A stretch of DNA of 64,000 bases from a virus (IMGVR_UViG_3300020508_000005:1-64000); one strand, 5' to 3'. Shown: positions 1-10,396, counted from the first letter of the stretch. Notes: generated by a model from the sequence alone, not told the origin. A program made the numbers and translations.

Positions 1-86
1 CATTTACTGCCGTGCCATTAACTACAGTTCCGCCAGTTGCAATAACATTATCTGTAACGACATTTACTGCCGTGCCATTAACTACA
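1..86. repeat. 60-bp-period direct repeat inside the fibre gene
   Basis: catttactgccgtgccattaactaca at 1 and 61; atgttatatgttgcaaaggatgttgctgtcccattta also recurs at 1731 and 1911. Confidence 0.9.
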
Positions 87-2677
87 ATTCCACCAGTTGT
101 GGCGACGTTAAAGTTTATATTGGCCCTTGCTAAGCCGCTAGCAAGCGAACCGCCTGCCATGGCGTCTCTTACGGTCAAGCCTGCATTTGCAGACCCAGTA
201 ACAAAAACACCGCCACTTGGCACAATATTATACGTAGCAAATAAATTCGCTTGTCCATTTGCAATTGCTCCACCAGACATGGATTCTACATCAACAAAAT
301 CCTCTATTGATGTGCCACTAAGTTTCGCTCCGTTCGTTGCTAAGAAGTTGTAACTTGCACTAAATGGAGCCGAGCCATTAATAACAGAAGTGCTGATGAT
401 TGATGGCTCGATTAAAACCGCATGCATTTTCCAACTATTTGCAATGCTTTGTAAATTATTGTTTTCCCCTAGAGTAAAAATGCCTGTTTCGGGATAGTTT
501 TGATACCATGCACTGCTCTGTATCGTGGCTCGAAGCGGGTCATTTATGGAAATTACAGATTCGTCAGAAGTAATTATAAAATCATATAAATGCCTTGCAA
601 ATCCTATGGCCCAAGAATTAGGCACAGAACTTGTCAAAGAGATTTTCATGTCATTTCCAGTATCACTTCCTTCATAAATTGTTGGACTGAAACTTGGGCT
701 TATTTCAGGCAAATTTGTGCCAGAAATTCTTACAGCATATGCCACTAAGTCTATCCCACTTGCAGAAGGATCTGAAAACGTAATTGTTATAGGGCTCGAT
801 GTCGGATATTTAACGGTCGCACACATGGTGTATAGCCCTTCAACATTAATACCTGCAAAAGATGTCCAATAAAGGTTATGGCCAGTTATGCTTTCTAAAA
901 CAAGATTAGAATCTAAAGGATCAGTGTAGACTACTCCTACAACAATAACTTCCCCCTCCACTGGAGTCCATGTTGGTAAAGTAACAACAATGTTATAATC
1001 TGACGAATTTACTGTGGTTTTAATGTATTGTTCTAAAACAATGTTATCGGTTATTACAGATTTGGCTATTATATTGCAAGTTAGATTTGGCCTTGCAATG
1101 CCACTTGCGATTGTTCCTCCAGTTGAAATAACATTTCTTACTACATTAGGAGAGGTCGTTCCGCTTAAAGAAATTCCCCTTGTTGCTGAAGTATTGTATG
1201 TAACAAATAATGACGATGTGCCATTAAGTAAAATGCCACCAGACATACTTTCAAAATCAACAAAATTAGAAGATAGCGTGCCGCTCACAACGCTACCGCC
1301 TGAAATTCCTATAATATATGTCAATAGTGAACTAGCTTCGCCATTACATAAAGAACCTCCAGTTGATGTGATTTGATAATTAGTAGAAGAAAAAACAGAA
1401 CCACTTATTTTTAATCCACCTGATGTGATTGGCAAATAAGATAAATTGTTTAAACTAGACCCACTAGCAAGCGAACCGCCATTTGAAATCACATTATAAA
1501 ATGTTGATATTGTCGCAGTGCCGCTAGAAGAAATGCCTCCCAACATAGATTCTGTCGTGCTATACCCAGAAGCTAAGGACCCAGAAAGTGTTACACCTCC
1601 ACTTGAAATAAAGTCGTAAACAATAGATGATGTTGCATTGCCATTTGCAATTGTTCCACCAGACATGATTTCAATATCATTGAACACAAAGACAGAAGTG
1701 CCACCTACAACACTGCCACCTGTTGTTGTGATGTTATATGTTGCAAAGGATGTTGCTGTCCCATTTACGGAAGACCCTCCGACAGCCACAATGTTAAAAA
1801 TTGACAAAGGAGCATTTGATCCATTAAGTAAAATGCCGCCTGACATGGTGTCAACATTGTTAAATGCTGCACTTGAGGTTCCGCTTGCGACACTTCCGCC
1901 AGTTGCTGTGATGTTATATGTTGCAAAGGATGTTGCTGTCCCATTTAAAGAAACGCCACCTGTCATTAGTTCTGTGTTTATGTAATTGAACAGAATTGAG
2001 CCTGAAAGTATGGCTCCACCTTGTGAAGGTAAATTGTACGACAGTGAGCCTTGTGCTGTTCCGCCTAAAAATGCACCTTGAGAACTTTGTAAGTTAAAAG
2101 TGCTTTGAGCAAGTGCAGTGCCACTAGAAAGTGTGCCCCCAGTAAAAATAATGCTGCTTAATTTGAAATAAATCGCACTGCCACTGACGATAGAGCCGCC
2201 TACAGCACTTATATTATAGGTGAACTCTACTGTTGATGTCCCATTTAGATTTGCTCCACTTGAAGCAATAACATCTTTAACAACATAGTAATCGGAGCTT
2301 CCACCAGCACTAATTCCACCAGAAGCAATAAAATCTCCTGCTTCGTCAAAAAGAGATGCTGATCCACCTACAACGCAACCACCAGATGCATTTTCCAAAA
2401 TTGATTCTGTGTTTGTGGCTGTGCCAGCAAGTAAGATTCCACTAGAAGAAATCCAACTCAGAACAATTTGTGTAGTGGCTGTGCCATTAACCTGTACGCC
2501 ACCCGTTGAAACATAAACAGTGCTTATATCGGCACTACCAGATGCTACGACGCCGCCCTGTATGACATATCCAGACTCTACGGCTGCAATACCAGAAGCT
2601 ACAAGACCTCCCACCAATGGTGATAGGTTTATGTTAAAATTGGTATCAAATTGACGCAGCCTGATATCAAACGACAT
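1..2677 (-). CDS. Long Gly/Ser/Thr/Ala-rich repeat virion protein (fibre/filament scaffold); continues beyond the window start
   Basis: Not in the ORF track (no stop in window). ATG at 2677 after GAGG; MSFDIRLRQFDTNFNINL... then a 20-aa period (YNxxxxGGxxxxG[TS]Axxxxx), interrupted by a non-repetitive domain at ~420-1060; same frame at both ends. Confidence 0.85.
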   Translation of the reverse strand, partial: MSFDIRLRQFDTNFNINLSPLVGGLVASGIAAVESGYVIQGGVVASGSADISTVYVSTGGVQVNGTATTQIVLSWISSSGILLAGTATNTESILENASGGCVVGGSASLFDEAGDFIASGGISAGGSSDYYVVKDVIASSGANLNGTSTVEFTYNISAVGGSIVSGSAIYFKLSSIIFTGGTLSSGTALAQSTFNLQSSQGAFLGGTAQGSLSYNLPSQGGAILSGSILFNYINTELMTGGVSLNGTATSFATYNITATGGSVASGTSSAAFNNVDTMSGGILLNGSNAPLSIFNIVAVGGSSVNGTATSFATYNITTTGGSVVGGTSVFVFNDIEIMSGGTIANGNATSSIVYDFISSGGVTLSGSLASGYSTTESMLGGISSSGTATISTFYNVISNGGSLASGSSLNNLSYLPITSGGLKISGSVFSSTNYQITSTGGSLCNGEASSLLTYIIGISGGSVVSGTLSSNFVDFESMSGGILLNGTSSLFVTYNTSATRGISLSGTTSPNVVRNVISTGGTIASGIARPNLTCNIIAKSVITDNIVLEQYIKTTVNSSDYNIVVTLPTWTPVEGEVIVVGVVYTDPLDSNLVLESITGHNLYWTSFAGINVEGLYTMCATVKYPTSSPITITFSDPSASGIDLVAYAVRISGTNLPEISPSFSPTIYEGSDTGNDMKISLTSSVPNSWAIGFARHLYDFIITSDESVISINDPLRATIQSSAWYQNYPETGIFTLGENNNLQSIANSWKMHAVLIEPSIISTSVINGSAPFSASYNFLATNGAKLSGTSIEDFVDVESMSGGAIANGQANLFATYNIVPSGGVFVTGSANAGLTVRDAMAGGSLASGLARANINFNVATTGGIVVNGTAVNVVTDNVIATGGTVVNGTAVN

Positions 2678-2686
2678 TATACCTCA

Positions 2687-4624
2687 TTAGCTAGCTAAGC
2701 CTCTAGGTGTTATTCCAAGGTGTGCGGCATCCTGTTGGGCAGAAACATAATATGAAGCGGTGTTATCGTAAACCGTGAAGGTGTATGAAGAAGCACTTTG
2801 ACTCACAGTTTGCTCTTGAATTACTACATCATCTGACGCTCTGATTAGTTGCAAGTCAATGTTGTCAACTCCATTACTACCACTAATGTTTCCCGACACA
2901 GAAAAAGTGATACTGTGATAGCTTATAATCATAACCGAGCCATCAGAAACTGCGGTTGTATAATAAAATCTGTAGTCTCTTGCTTGTTCAATATCGATTC
3001 TATTTCTTTCTATAGATTGGGGAAATCTTTTGACTAAATCGTGTCCAGAAAAAATCATCAAACTACAAGCCAATTCGCCATCGCCAATGTAAGCATCTAT
3101 AAAAAACTCATAATATCCTGCACCTTGAGTTTCACTTGATAAACACTCAACATCTACACCTATGGCTTGAGATGCAGAACTAGTCCATAAATATTGCAAA
3201 ATTGCTAAGCCGTTGATGTAATAATTCGATTCTGGTATTGAAAAAGCAAAATCAGTCAGTCTCGTGTTACCGGTCAATGCAGCATCCCATGCCAACATAA
3301 TTTTTAAAACAGTATGGTTGTGAGCACCAATTCCTGAGGTGCTTAGATCGCTTTCATAGTTTAAAGTTATATAACCAGCGACATTTGTGAGCAAATTCGT
3401 TGCATCGGACGAAAAGCCATCTACATTTAATGTATTCAGTCCTCTGGCAATAGTGAATGCGGCACCTTGTACTGAACCGGAATCGATTCTTTGTTGCAAA
3501 CAAAACATTCCACAAATAGTGTTACTGCCAGTTGTTGTGTAAGATCTAAGAGATTGGCTTCCTGCTCTAAAAGACAAACCTGTAGTTGATTGACTTGCAT
3601 TCCAATTAATTCTAAAAGCTGATTGCTTTAAAGCAAGAGTTCCCGGCTCAACAAGATAGAAATTTGATTGATGCCTACTTCCATTAGCTGGTGTGGTGCC
3701 CCCTAATGGAGTATCTAAATCCATGGGTATTAAAATTGAATTTAGGACTTTAGAAGTTGTTGAGGCATCGAACTCATATGTAACTATCAAATCAATAACT
3801 GTATGGGCTCCACGGTTAACCACTGAAGACCACATTTGAAATGTGTGAGAACTTGTTGTAGATGGGATTGTGCTTGGCAGCCAAATCCATCTACAAAATC
3901 TTTCTGATGCCAATGATCGCTCTTGTGCTCCAAAAACATATGCTGTTCCACTATCAATATTTGTGGATATGGTATAGTCGGCAGTATTGTTTTGCCCTGC
4001 TTCATTGGATTCAAGTAGAAAAAAATAACTTTTTATATTTGGTGATGCTTCACATAACAAACCACCAGCCCCAGTAAGTGCGGGGTAAGTGTTTATGTTC
4101 GTGTTTGCTGTGGCGGTTAAAAAACCACTAGGACTTTCTAATGGTATTCTAACAGTTTTTATTTGAGTTGGATTAGTTGTGGTGCTATCGTCATATGTGT
4201 ATGTAACATAAAGAATAGCAGTGACATTTCTCATGCCGAGTGTTGTTCCAGTGGTTTGGTCAAAATAAACTTGGATATCACAAGTCATGGATGTTCCGGT
4301 CCAGTTAGTTGTAAAATGTGATGTAAAATCCAAAGGGCCAATAACTCCCGAAATGTTTTCGGCAGTGTTAGTGAGGTCATCAAGCTCGGTGATTGTTGTG
4401 TATGCACTTGCTCCTAGCCTTAAGCCGCAACGGTGTTCGCCGATGGTCCCGCCAGTAAGAGTTATTACATCTTGAAATCCTACTTCAACAAAAACCGAAG
4501 TGAATGTTGGAGAAGCCTCCGGTATAGAAACTGTAATTTGTGTGAAATTAGTCGTTGTAGCATCAGTGACTACTGTCGTAATCATATCGAAACCAAACAT
4601 TAATGTTTTTTCTCTTGTGGCCAT
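2687..4624 (-). CDS. Putative virion structural protein (Thr/Ser-rich, beta-rich)
   Basis: 650-aa ORF, likely start MATREK at 4624; composition typical of fibre/baseplate proteins; directly upstream of the repeat protein. Confidence 0.65.
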   Translation of the reverse strand: MATREKTLMFGFDMITTVVTDATTTNFTQITVSIPEASPTFTSVFVEVGFQDVITLTGGTIGEHRCGLRLGASAYTTITELDDLTNTAENISGVIGPLDFTSHFTTNWTGTSMTCDIQVYFDQTTGTTLGMRNVTAILYVTYTYDDSTTTNPTQIKTVRIPLESPSGFLTATANTNINTYPALTGAGGLLCEASPNIKSYFFLLESNEAGQNNTADYTISTNIDSGTAYVFGAQERSLASERFCRWIWLPSTIPSTTSSHTFQMWSSVVNRGAHTVIDLIVTYEFDASTTSKVLNSILIPMDLDTPLGGTTPANGSRHQSNFYLVEPGTLALKQSAFRINWNASQSTTGLSFRAGSQSLRSYTTTGSNTICGMFCLQQRIDSGSVQGAAFTIARGLNTLNVDGFSSDATNLLTNVAGYITLNYESDLSTSGIGAHNHTVLKIMLAWDAALTGNTRLTDFAFSIPESNYYINGLAILQYLWTSSASQAIGVDVECLSSETQGAGYYEFFIDAYIGDGELACSLMIFSGHDLVKRFPQSIERNRIDIEQARDYRFYYTTAVSDGSVMIISYHSITFSVSGNISGSNGVDNIDLQLIRASDDVVIQEQTVSQSASSYTFTVYDNTASYYVSAQQDAAHLGITPRGLAS

Positions 4625-4810
4625 AACCTTATTTACCAATTATTATGAAATAAAAAGCCAAAACTGTTTTGCTAAATGCAATAATTAAATTCATAGCAAG
4701 TCCTAGCAAAATCAAGCCGTTCAGAATATATTTAGGGTCATATTGACTGTTGTGTGCAAGTCTTGCAAAAAACATTTAGTCCTGTATAAAAACATAAATG
4801 GAGAACAAAT

Positions 4811-5728
4811 TTGAAGATTGCAGTTCCATGGCCATTCAATATCACAAGCCAAATAAGAATTAAAGAAGCTCTTTCTTTATGGAAAAATAAAAATCTGCTA
4901 ACTTTGTGCTTGGTTGAAGAATCCAATGACACTTTTTTGAATGAATTTGACACAATTTTACTGCCGAGAAATTCATCGATACTTGGCACTCAATCAAAAA
5001 AATGTTTTATTTCAGACATGATTGAAATGCTTGTTGCCAAGCACCCAAACGAAGACTTTTATGGTTTTGGTAATAGTGATATTGTGCCTATAGGATGCTT
5101 TCAAGAAACGCAGGATTACGAAGCACTTGTTTATCACAGAACTGACATTCAAGAATGGGAATTTAGATTCCCTGATCATAATCAAGACGAAATCAAACGA
5201 TTGATTGGCACTTTGCGTTTTGCAAGTTATTCAGATAAAAGAATTGCACGTATGATGAACATCCAAGAGACTCCCGTGCCAGAAGGGGAGTCGGAATGGA
5301 CCTATGAAAATGTGCGAAAAGCCATGAAAAAACAAGGGGAAATTTTCTTTAGAGGCCAAGATCTTTTTTTATTTCGTAGAGACGTAGTTCATTCAATTTT
5401 AAATGATTATTTGAAGCCAAAAGATTTCATTCTTGGCACAGGCGGATTTGATCCTAGAGTTTCTCGTTATCTTATGGAAAACTACAATAGTGCTAGAATT
5501 TTACATAAAATATTTCATAAAAAACATGTTTCAGAGTGGGCTTCGAACGAAATAGAATGCATACACAATGGGGGTGACATACCACAATCTGAAACAGAGT
5601 TGTATTATGGTCATAAATATTTACTAAAATTAGAATGTGATTGCCACAAACCTATGGTGCCGGTGGTTATGAAGCAGTTTTTAAGAAAAAGTGATCCCTA
5701 CTTATACGATAGATTGAGCAAAGTATAA
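4811..5728 (+). CDS. Hypothetical, possible GT-A-fold glycosyltransferase
   Basis: FYGFGNSDI and GQDLFLF motifs resemble phage GT-like proteins. Confidence 0.4.
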   Translation: MKIAVPWPFNITSQIRIKEALSLWKNKNLLTLCLVEESNDTFLNEFDTILLPRNSSILGTQSKKCFISDMIEMLVAKHPNEDFYGFGNSDIVPIGCFQETQDYEALVYHRTDIQEWEFRFPDHNQDEIKRLIGTLRFASYSDKRIARMMNIQETPVPEGESEWTYENVRKAMKKQGEIFFRGQDLFLFRRDVVHSILNDYLKPKDFILGTGGFDPRVSRYLMENYNSARILHKIFHKKHVSEWASNEIECIHNGGDIPQSETELYYGHKYLLKLECDCHKPMVPVVMKQFLRKSDPYLYDRLSKV

Positions 5729-5877
5729 AATAATCAAATACAAATTTAAATTTCTTTGTATTATTAAATTTGGAAATTAAGTTTTGAATTTGGAAAAAAT
5801 TGTGTTACTTGATAATTTCTACTTGCAAATGATATATAAAAACAACGATCTGGTTATAAATTGGGAGTTATTGAATC

Positions 5878-6912
5878 ATGAAATACCAAGAATGGAAACT
5901 GATCGCAGAGTCTATCGGCAGTGCGATAACTCTCGGTGTAAGCAGACCACAAATAATTGGAAGTCCTTTTGGATCGCAATTTGCTGAAGAAGGATTTAAA
6001 GACGGCGAAGATGTTGAAGACTCAGACGAGTCTGATGAAAGAAAGTTTCCGCCCGACGAAGCAGATGACATGGATAATCAAACTGGTTCTTCGTGTGCCT
6101 CACCTAAGTTTATGTCAAAATCTTACATGGACGACATGGAAGATGATGATGTGAGTGACGATATGGATGACAGCGAAGAGGGTATGGGAGATGATATGTC
6201 TGACGATGAAGGCATGGGAGATGATATGTCTGACGTTATGGACGACGATATGTCTGACGATGAAGGCATGGGAGATGACATGTCTGACGTTATGGACGAC
6301 GAAGGCGGCAACGAAAAGGACGACATGGGCTTCCTAAATGACATCGACCCAGCACTCATGGGAGATGAAAGCGATTCTGATATGGGCGACGAGCCATCAA
6401 TGGATGGTGATGAAGATGCTGCCATGGGCGGAGATATTGATGCTGAGCCTGTTATTGATGACAATGGCGATATGCACAAAGACACCATGGAACTGATGAA
6501 GAAAATGGCTGCTTATTGCGGTAAGTATATGAAGGCTGAAGCAAAGCAAATGGATGGAAATGATCCTGAAGATATGCCTGAAAAGCCGAAAAAAACAATC
6601 AAAAAAGATGCTAAAAAAGATGTCAAGCACATGGGCAAATCTTGCCATTGTGAAAATAATGACTTAGCAGATTCTTTAGCTAAAAATATGAAATTGCAAA
6701 AACCTGTAAGTGAAGATGCTCTATTTGGAGACATTGACGTTGAAGATGAAATTGCACCCGGAAGTGTTGGTTTCGCTCCTCAAGGTCGCATGGGATCTAT
6801 CGGTGGCGGATACACCAAGGATGACTTTGCAGACATTCCTGTTTTGGGAGAATGTCATCGCTTGCCAACTTTAAAGGATTGGCGAAGTTTCAAAAAAGCT
6901 AGACAGAACTAA
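5878..6912 (+). CDS. Highly acidic Asp/Met/Gly-repeat protein, possible prohead core/internal protein
   Basis: N-terminus MKYQEWKLIAES; GMGDDMSDDE repeats. Confidence 0.6.
   Translation: MKYQEWKLIAESIGSAITLGVSRPQIIGSPFGSQFAEEGFKDGEDVEDSDESDERKFPPDEADDMDNQTGSSCASPKFMSKSYMDDMEDDDVSDDMDDSEEGMGDDMSDDEGMGDDMSDVMDDDMSDDEGMGDDMSDVMDDEGGNEKDDMGFLNDIDPALMGDESDSDMGDEPSMDGDEDAAMGGDIDAEPVIDDNGDMHKDTMELMKKMAAYCGKYMKAEAKQMDGNDPEDMPEKPKKTIKKDAKKDVKHMGKSCHCENNDLADSLAKNMKLQKPVSEDALFGDIDVEDEIAPGSVGFAPQGRMGSIGGGYTKDDFADIPVLGECHRLPTLKDWRSFKKARQN
6193..6300. repeat. 54-bp tandem duplication in the acidic protein gene
   Basis: gatatgtctgacgatgaaggcatgggagatga(t/c)atgtctgacgttatggacgac at 6193 and 6247. Confidence 0.9.
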
Positions 6913-7807
6913 GGTTTTGTAAATAGCTTTTAATTCCAGACTTAAGTGAGAACTCGGGGTTATACCCGAGTTCTTTTTTTGCCAAATCAATATTACATTC
7001 AGTATGAGTTTGATATGCTTCAGAAAATGAACACGGCACATAATTTACTTTAATTGATTTTCCTGATATTTCTTGAATGCATTGAATTATTTCATTAAAA
7101 GTAACGGAAACGCCGCTTCCAATATTATAAATTTGACCTTTGCCAAAATCTTTCTTTTCCAAAGCTTTAATATTAGCTTGTACAACATCTTCAACGTACA
7201 CCCAATCTCTTCTTTGCTCTCCAAATTCAAAAAGACTTGGCTCTTTGCCTTGCAAAAATTGTCTTAATATTTGTCCTATCATACTCATCCTTCTTCCTTT
7301 TTGCTCTTCTCCCGGCCCGTAAATATTGCAATATCTTAAACCATGAACTGTAACTGAAAAATTCTTTGCAAATTCCATGGCAAATATATCAAAAGCCGCT
7401 TTTGATTCTCCATATGCATTCAAAGGCATAACAGGAGTCACAGATTCAATGTAAGGAGCAGGTTGACTACCGTACACCGCTGTGCTTGAAGCGTAGATAA
7501 AGCACTTGCATCCCTTAGATCGGGTTTGATAAAACAATTCTCTCGGCTCGTCAACATTTATACGAAACATTTCTTGTTTATCTTGGAATAATGTGTCATT
7601 ATTTGCCATGAGATGGATCACTGCATCCAAATAGGATAAATGCTTATAATTGACTCCATTTAATCCGGCATATAACACTTTGGAAACGCCAGCAATATCA
7701 GGTTCGTTACCAGTTGAGGTGATTATGACTTCGTGCCCGTCATGGACTAACTTTTTTGATAAATTTCTTCCAACAAAACCACTACCACCAGTAATTAAGA
7801 TTTTCAT
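6899..7807 (-). CDS. hldD: NAD-dependent epimerase, ADP-L-glycero-D-manno-heptose-6-epimerase-like
   Basis: ITGGSGFVG, YASSTAVYG, YGESK, YGPGEEQKGRRMSMI (HldD-type), RDWVYVEDV. Confidence 0.75.
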   Translation of the reverse strand: MKILITGGSGFVGRNLSKKLVHDGHEVIITSTGNEPDIAGVSKVLYAGLNGVNYKHLSYLDAVIHLMANNDTLFQDKQEMFRINVDEPRELFYQTRSKGCKCFIYASSTAVYGSQPAPYIESVTPVMPLNAYGESKAAFDIFAMEFAKNFSVTVHGLRYCNIYGPGEEQKGRRMSMIGQILRQFLQGKEPSLFEFGEQRRDWVYVEDVVQANIKALEKKDFGKGQIYNIGSGVSVTFNEIIQCIQEISGKSIKVNYVPCSFSEAYQTHTECNIDLAKKELGYNPEFSLKSGIKSYLQNLSSV

Positions 7808-7889
7808 AATAACTCCGTTGCCATCAATAAGCTCATAGGATAAAATAGTATAGTGGATTAAGGATCAAACGTTTAGCAGGCGGATTTAT

Positions 7890-8606
7890 ATGCCAACAAT
7901 CATGGATCATTTCGAAGCTTTGACCAGACAAGGTCTGAAAGTGATTCCTTTGCGTGAAAATTCAAAAATCCCTTTATACAAAAATTGGAATAACAATTGG
8001 GAATATCATTGGGTAAGGAGTAAATTTGAGCGATTTCCCAATTCAAACATCGGGCTTCTTTTAGGCGATATTGTAGATGTTGAGGGAGACTCCGAAGAGG
8101 CCAATACAACGATTTTGAATTTGGTCAAAGATTATCCACACCCAACCTACCGAAGCTCAAAGTCAATCCATCATCTTTTTTTGACGCCCGATAAATCGCT
8201 AAGACATTTCAGGTGGAAAGAAATAGAATTTCGAGGACATGGACATCAATCAGTTCTTCCACCAAGTCAAACCAAAGAAGTGACATATAAATGGCTCAAG
8301 AATTTTAAGTTTCCTGTGCCTCCCATGCCGCATGAACTGATTGTCTTTCTTGAAAGAAAAAGAAAGAAAAAACTTTTTAAAGTTGAGATTAAGCCCGGCC
8401 ATAAAAAAGTTCGATGTTTTACGTGTCAACAAGAAATATTCTTGCACGAGAAAAGACATGAACTTGAATTAAAAGCGTTCACACTTTTAGGTCTAAAATG
8501 GGATTGTCAAGATTGCCGTGCTATGGATTTAAGACCTGCTTGTCGTCTTATCAGGGCTGGAGTACCTGATAAGATTGTTGCAATAAATGGTTTTATCAAG
8601 GAATAG
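7890..8606 (+). CDS. Bifunctional primase/polymerase (Prim-Pol) domain with C-terminal Zn ribbon
   Basis: VIPL..SKIP, NIGLLLG..VDVE, HHLF, VLPPS; CxxC...CxxC at C-terminus. Confidence 0.8.
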   Translation: MPTIMDHFEALTRQGLKVIPLRENSKIPLYKNWNNNWEYHWVRSKFERFPNSNIGLLLGDIVDVEGDSEEANTTILNLVKDYPHPTYRSSKSIHHLFLTPDKSLRHFRWKEIEFRGHGHQSVLPPSQTKEVTYKWLKNFKFPVPPMPHELIVFLERKRKKKLFKVEIKPGHKKVRCFTCQQEIFLHEKRHELELKAFTLLGLKWDCQDCRAMDLRPACRLIRAGVPDKIVAINGFIKE

Positions 8607-9533
8607 TTATTTGATGTTCCAGTTTTGATAAAATGTATTATCTAATTTTCGGTTGATCATGGAATGTAAATTTGAAACCAATTTTTTTGGCATCAAACTT
8701 TCTGCAAGCTTCATATGATCTTTTACTTTCGACTGATCTGTTTCATTGATGCCTTGTCTTAACAAATTTGGATCATATTTTTTACACGTCCAAGCGTCAG
8801 ATGCATCTCCAGAATCAATATATTTTTCGAGATCAAAATCCCACATTTGAGAAGCAATACCATTTTCAACGCATTCGATTGCTTGCATGGTCAAATCATA
8901 TATTAAACTAACCATATCGGGGCTTTCTAACCAAAAGTTTCCTAAAGGGCGATACTCCATTCCATATGGTTTAGTACGATAACGACCGGCTTTGCCGTAA
9001 ATTGCTCTGCGTCTTGGGCTAGTGGGATCTTGATCCAACCAGAGGGATGGAACGCCCACAAGCAAATCCATCATATAAACAGCCAATATCGGCTCAGGCC
9101 CGTCACCCAATAGTATATCTGCACCGACATGAATATGTCCGCCACAAGACCTCAAATTTCCTTGAGCTATTTCTTCTACTGGAGCATCTTTTATTTGCAT
9201 TTCATATGCACAAAAATCTTTGGCACAACCAACTCGTCTCGCGTCATCATGGTTTAACTCGCTGTCGTCAAATAACATGCTTGCCATGGGAACAAGCCTG
9301 TAAGGACTCACCATATTCGCGTATATTTGCAAGCAATCTTGAAAATTTTCAACAACTTCTTTTTTAGTAGAGCCGGGCTTAATTGCACATTCGGCAAGAA
9401 CGTTGTCATAATAAAATTGATGACCATTTACTGATAATCGATCTTCGATATTACCTTTTACTATGCCAATTGCTGATCTTGGCGTTTCGTTCAAAAACAG
9501 CATTAATTCTGGATCGCTTCCAAATGTTCTCAT
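8607..9533 (-). CDS. phiEco32-like COOH-NH2 ligase (type 2)
   Basis: GSDPE, DNVLAE, GGHIHVG, RRxxYGKAGRYRxKPYGMEYR, NFW. Confidence 0.85.
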   Translation of the reverse strand: MRTFGSDPELMLFLNETPRSAIGIVKGNIEDRLSVNGHQFYYDNVLAECAIKPGSTKKEVVENFQDCLQIYANMVSPYRLVPMASMLFDDSELNHDDARRVGCAKDFCAYEMQIKDAPVEEIAQGNLRSCGGHIHVGADILLGDGPEPILAVYMMDLLVGVPSLWLDQDPTSPRRRAIYGKAGRYRTKPYGMEYRPLGNFWLESPDMVSLIYDLTMQAIECVENGIASQMWDFDLEKYIDSGDASDAWTCKKYDPNLLRQGINETDQSKVKDHMKLAESLMPKKLVSNLHSMINRKLDNTFYQNWNIK

Positions 9534-9544
9534 TTCAATGTCCC

Positions 9545-10312
9545 TTAAACTTTATGCCACTCTGGAAAAATACATTTTGTTTTCTCTTTAGAAAAACCAA
9601 CAATGCCACAGTTTTCATGCATAGTATAAACTTTGCATGTCTCTTTATAATTCTTGTCTAAACTTGAATTAAAAATCTTTCTATCAGAATAAATTAAAAT
9701 CTTGTTGATTCCCTGTATGGCGTCTGAAATCATTTTTTTATCACGATTTTTATCATCATAATAAGACTTTAATTTACCATCTTTAATTTTGTTCAATGTA
9801 ACTTCTAAAGAATCTGCTGGATCATGAACTAATCCGACTCTTATTAAGAGTGTGTAAAAAGACAACATGGGAGCAGACTTTAGCCACCTTTTACTTCCGT
9901 CTAAGATCCAAACACCGGACTTTTTGTAAATTGGTGGACATTTTTTGCTTTTTTCAAGCACTGTTCTCGACATTTTCATGCGATCCTCCACAGAGTGGAG
10001 CAATGGCAAAACATTTTCTTGAAGTCTTTTGCCAAATTCATGGTCTTTGTAATTTGTAACCAAAAGTCTCAAACGCCTTATTGAAGGGGCTGGAGACTCT
10101 TCTGGGTTATATTTGAATCCATAAATTTCAATAGGTTTCTGATTTACATGAGCCCAAATGACATCTTGCATAAAATCCTTGCACCAAACCAATTGATTAA
10201 GCTGTTCGTACTTTGCTGATAACATAGCAAATTCGAGCCCTTCTTTTGGAATTTGTGCGATTCGATTTGTTTTCGGATGCCACTTTACTTCTCTTAAGAC
10301 GATTTCTTCCAT
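9545..10312 (-). CDS. Hypothetical protein co-transcribed with the COOH-NH2 ligase
   Basis: 255-aa ORF with SD and upstream sigma70-like promoter. Confidence 0.7.
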   Translation of the reverse strand: MEEIVLREVKWHPKTNRIAQIPKEGLEFAMLSAKYEQLNQLVWCKDFMQDVIWAHVNQKPIEIYGFKYNPEESPAPSIRRLRLLVTNYKDHEFGKRLQENVLPLLHSVEDRMKMSRTVLEKSKKCPPIYKKSGVWILDGSKRWLKSAPMLSFYTLLIRVGLVHDPADSLEVTLNKIKDGKLKSYYDDKNRDKKMISDAIQGINKILIYSDRKIFNSSLDKNYKETCKVYTMHENCGIVGFSKEKTKCIFPEWHKV

Positions 10313-10341
10313 AATTTATAATTCCTTAAAAGCCTACATAA

Positions 10342-10370
10342 AATGTACTATCTTAAACATAAACCGTCAA
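10342..10370 (-). promoter_or_regulatory. sigma70-like promoter
   Basis: TTGACG-N17-TACATT upstream of 10312. Confidence 0.55.
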
Positions 10371-10396
10371 GGTCTAAATAGGCACAAGGATAATTT

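Noticed and set aside
12-1985. Plus-strand ORFs 12-353, 1014-1376 and 1638-1985 with PP repeats
   Set aside because: Antisense shadows of the GG repeats of the real minus-strand gene.
6181-6300. CRISPR-like repeats
   Set aside because: In-frame coding repeats without unique spacers; no CRISPR array seen in the window.
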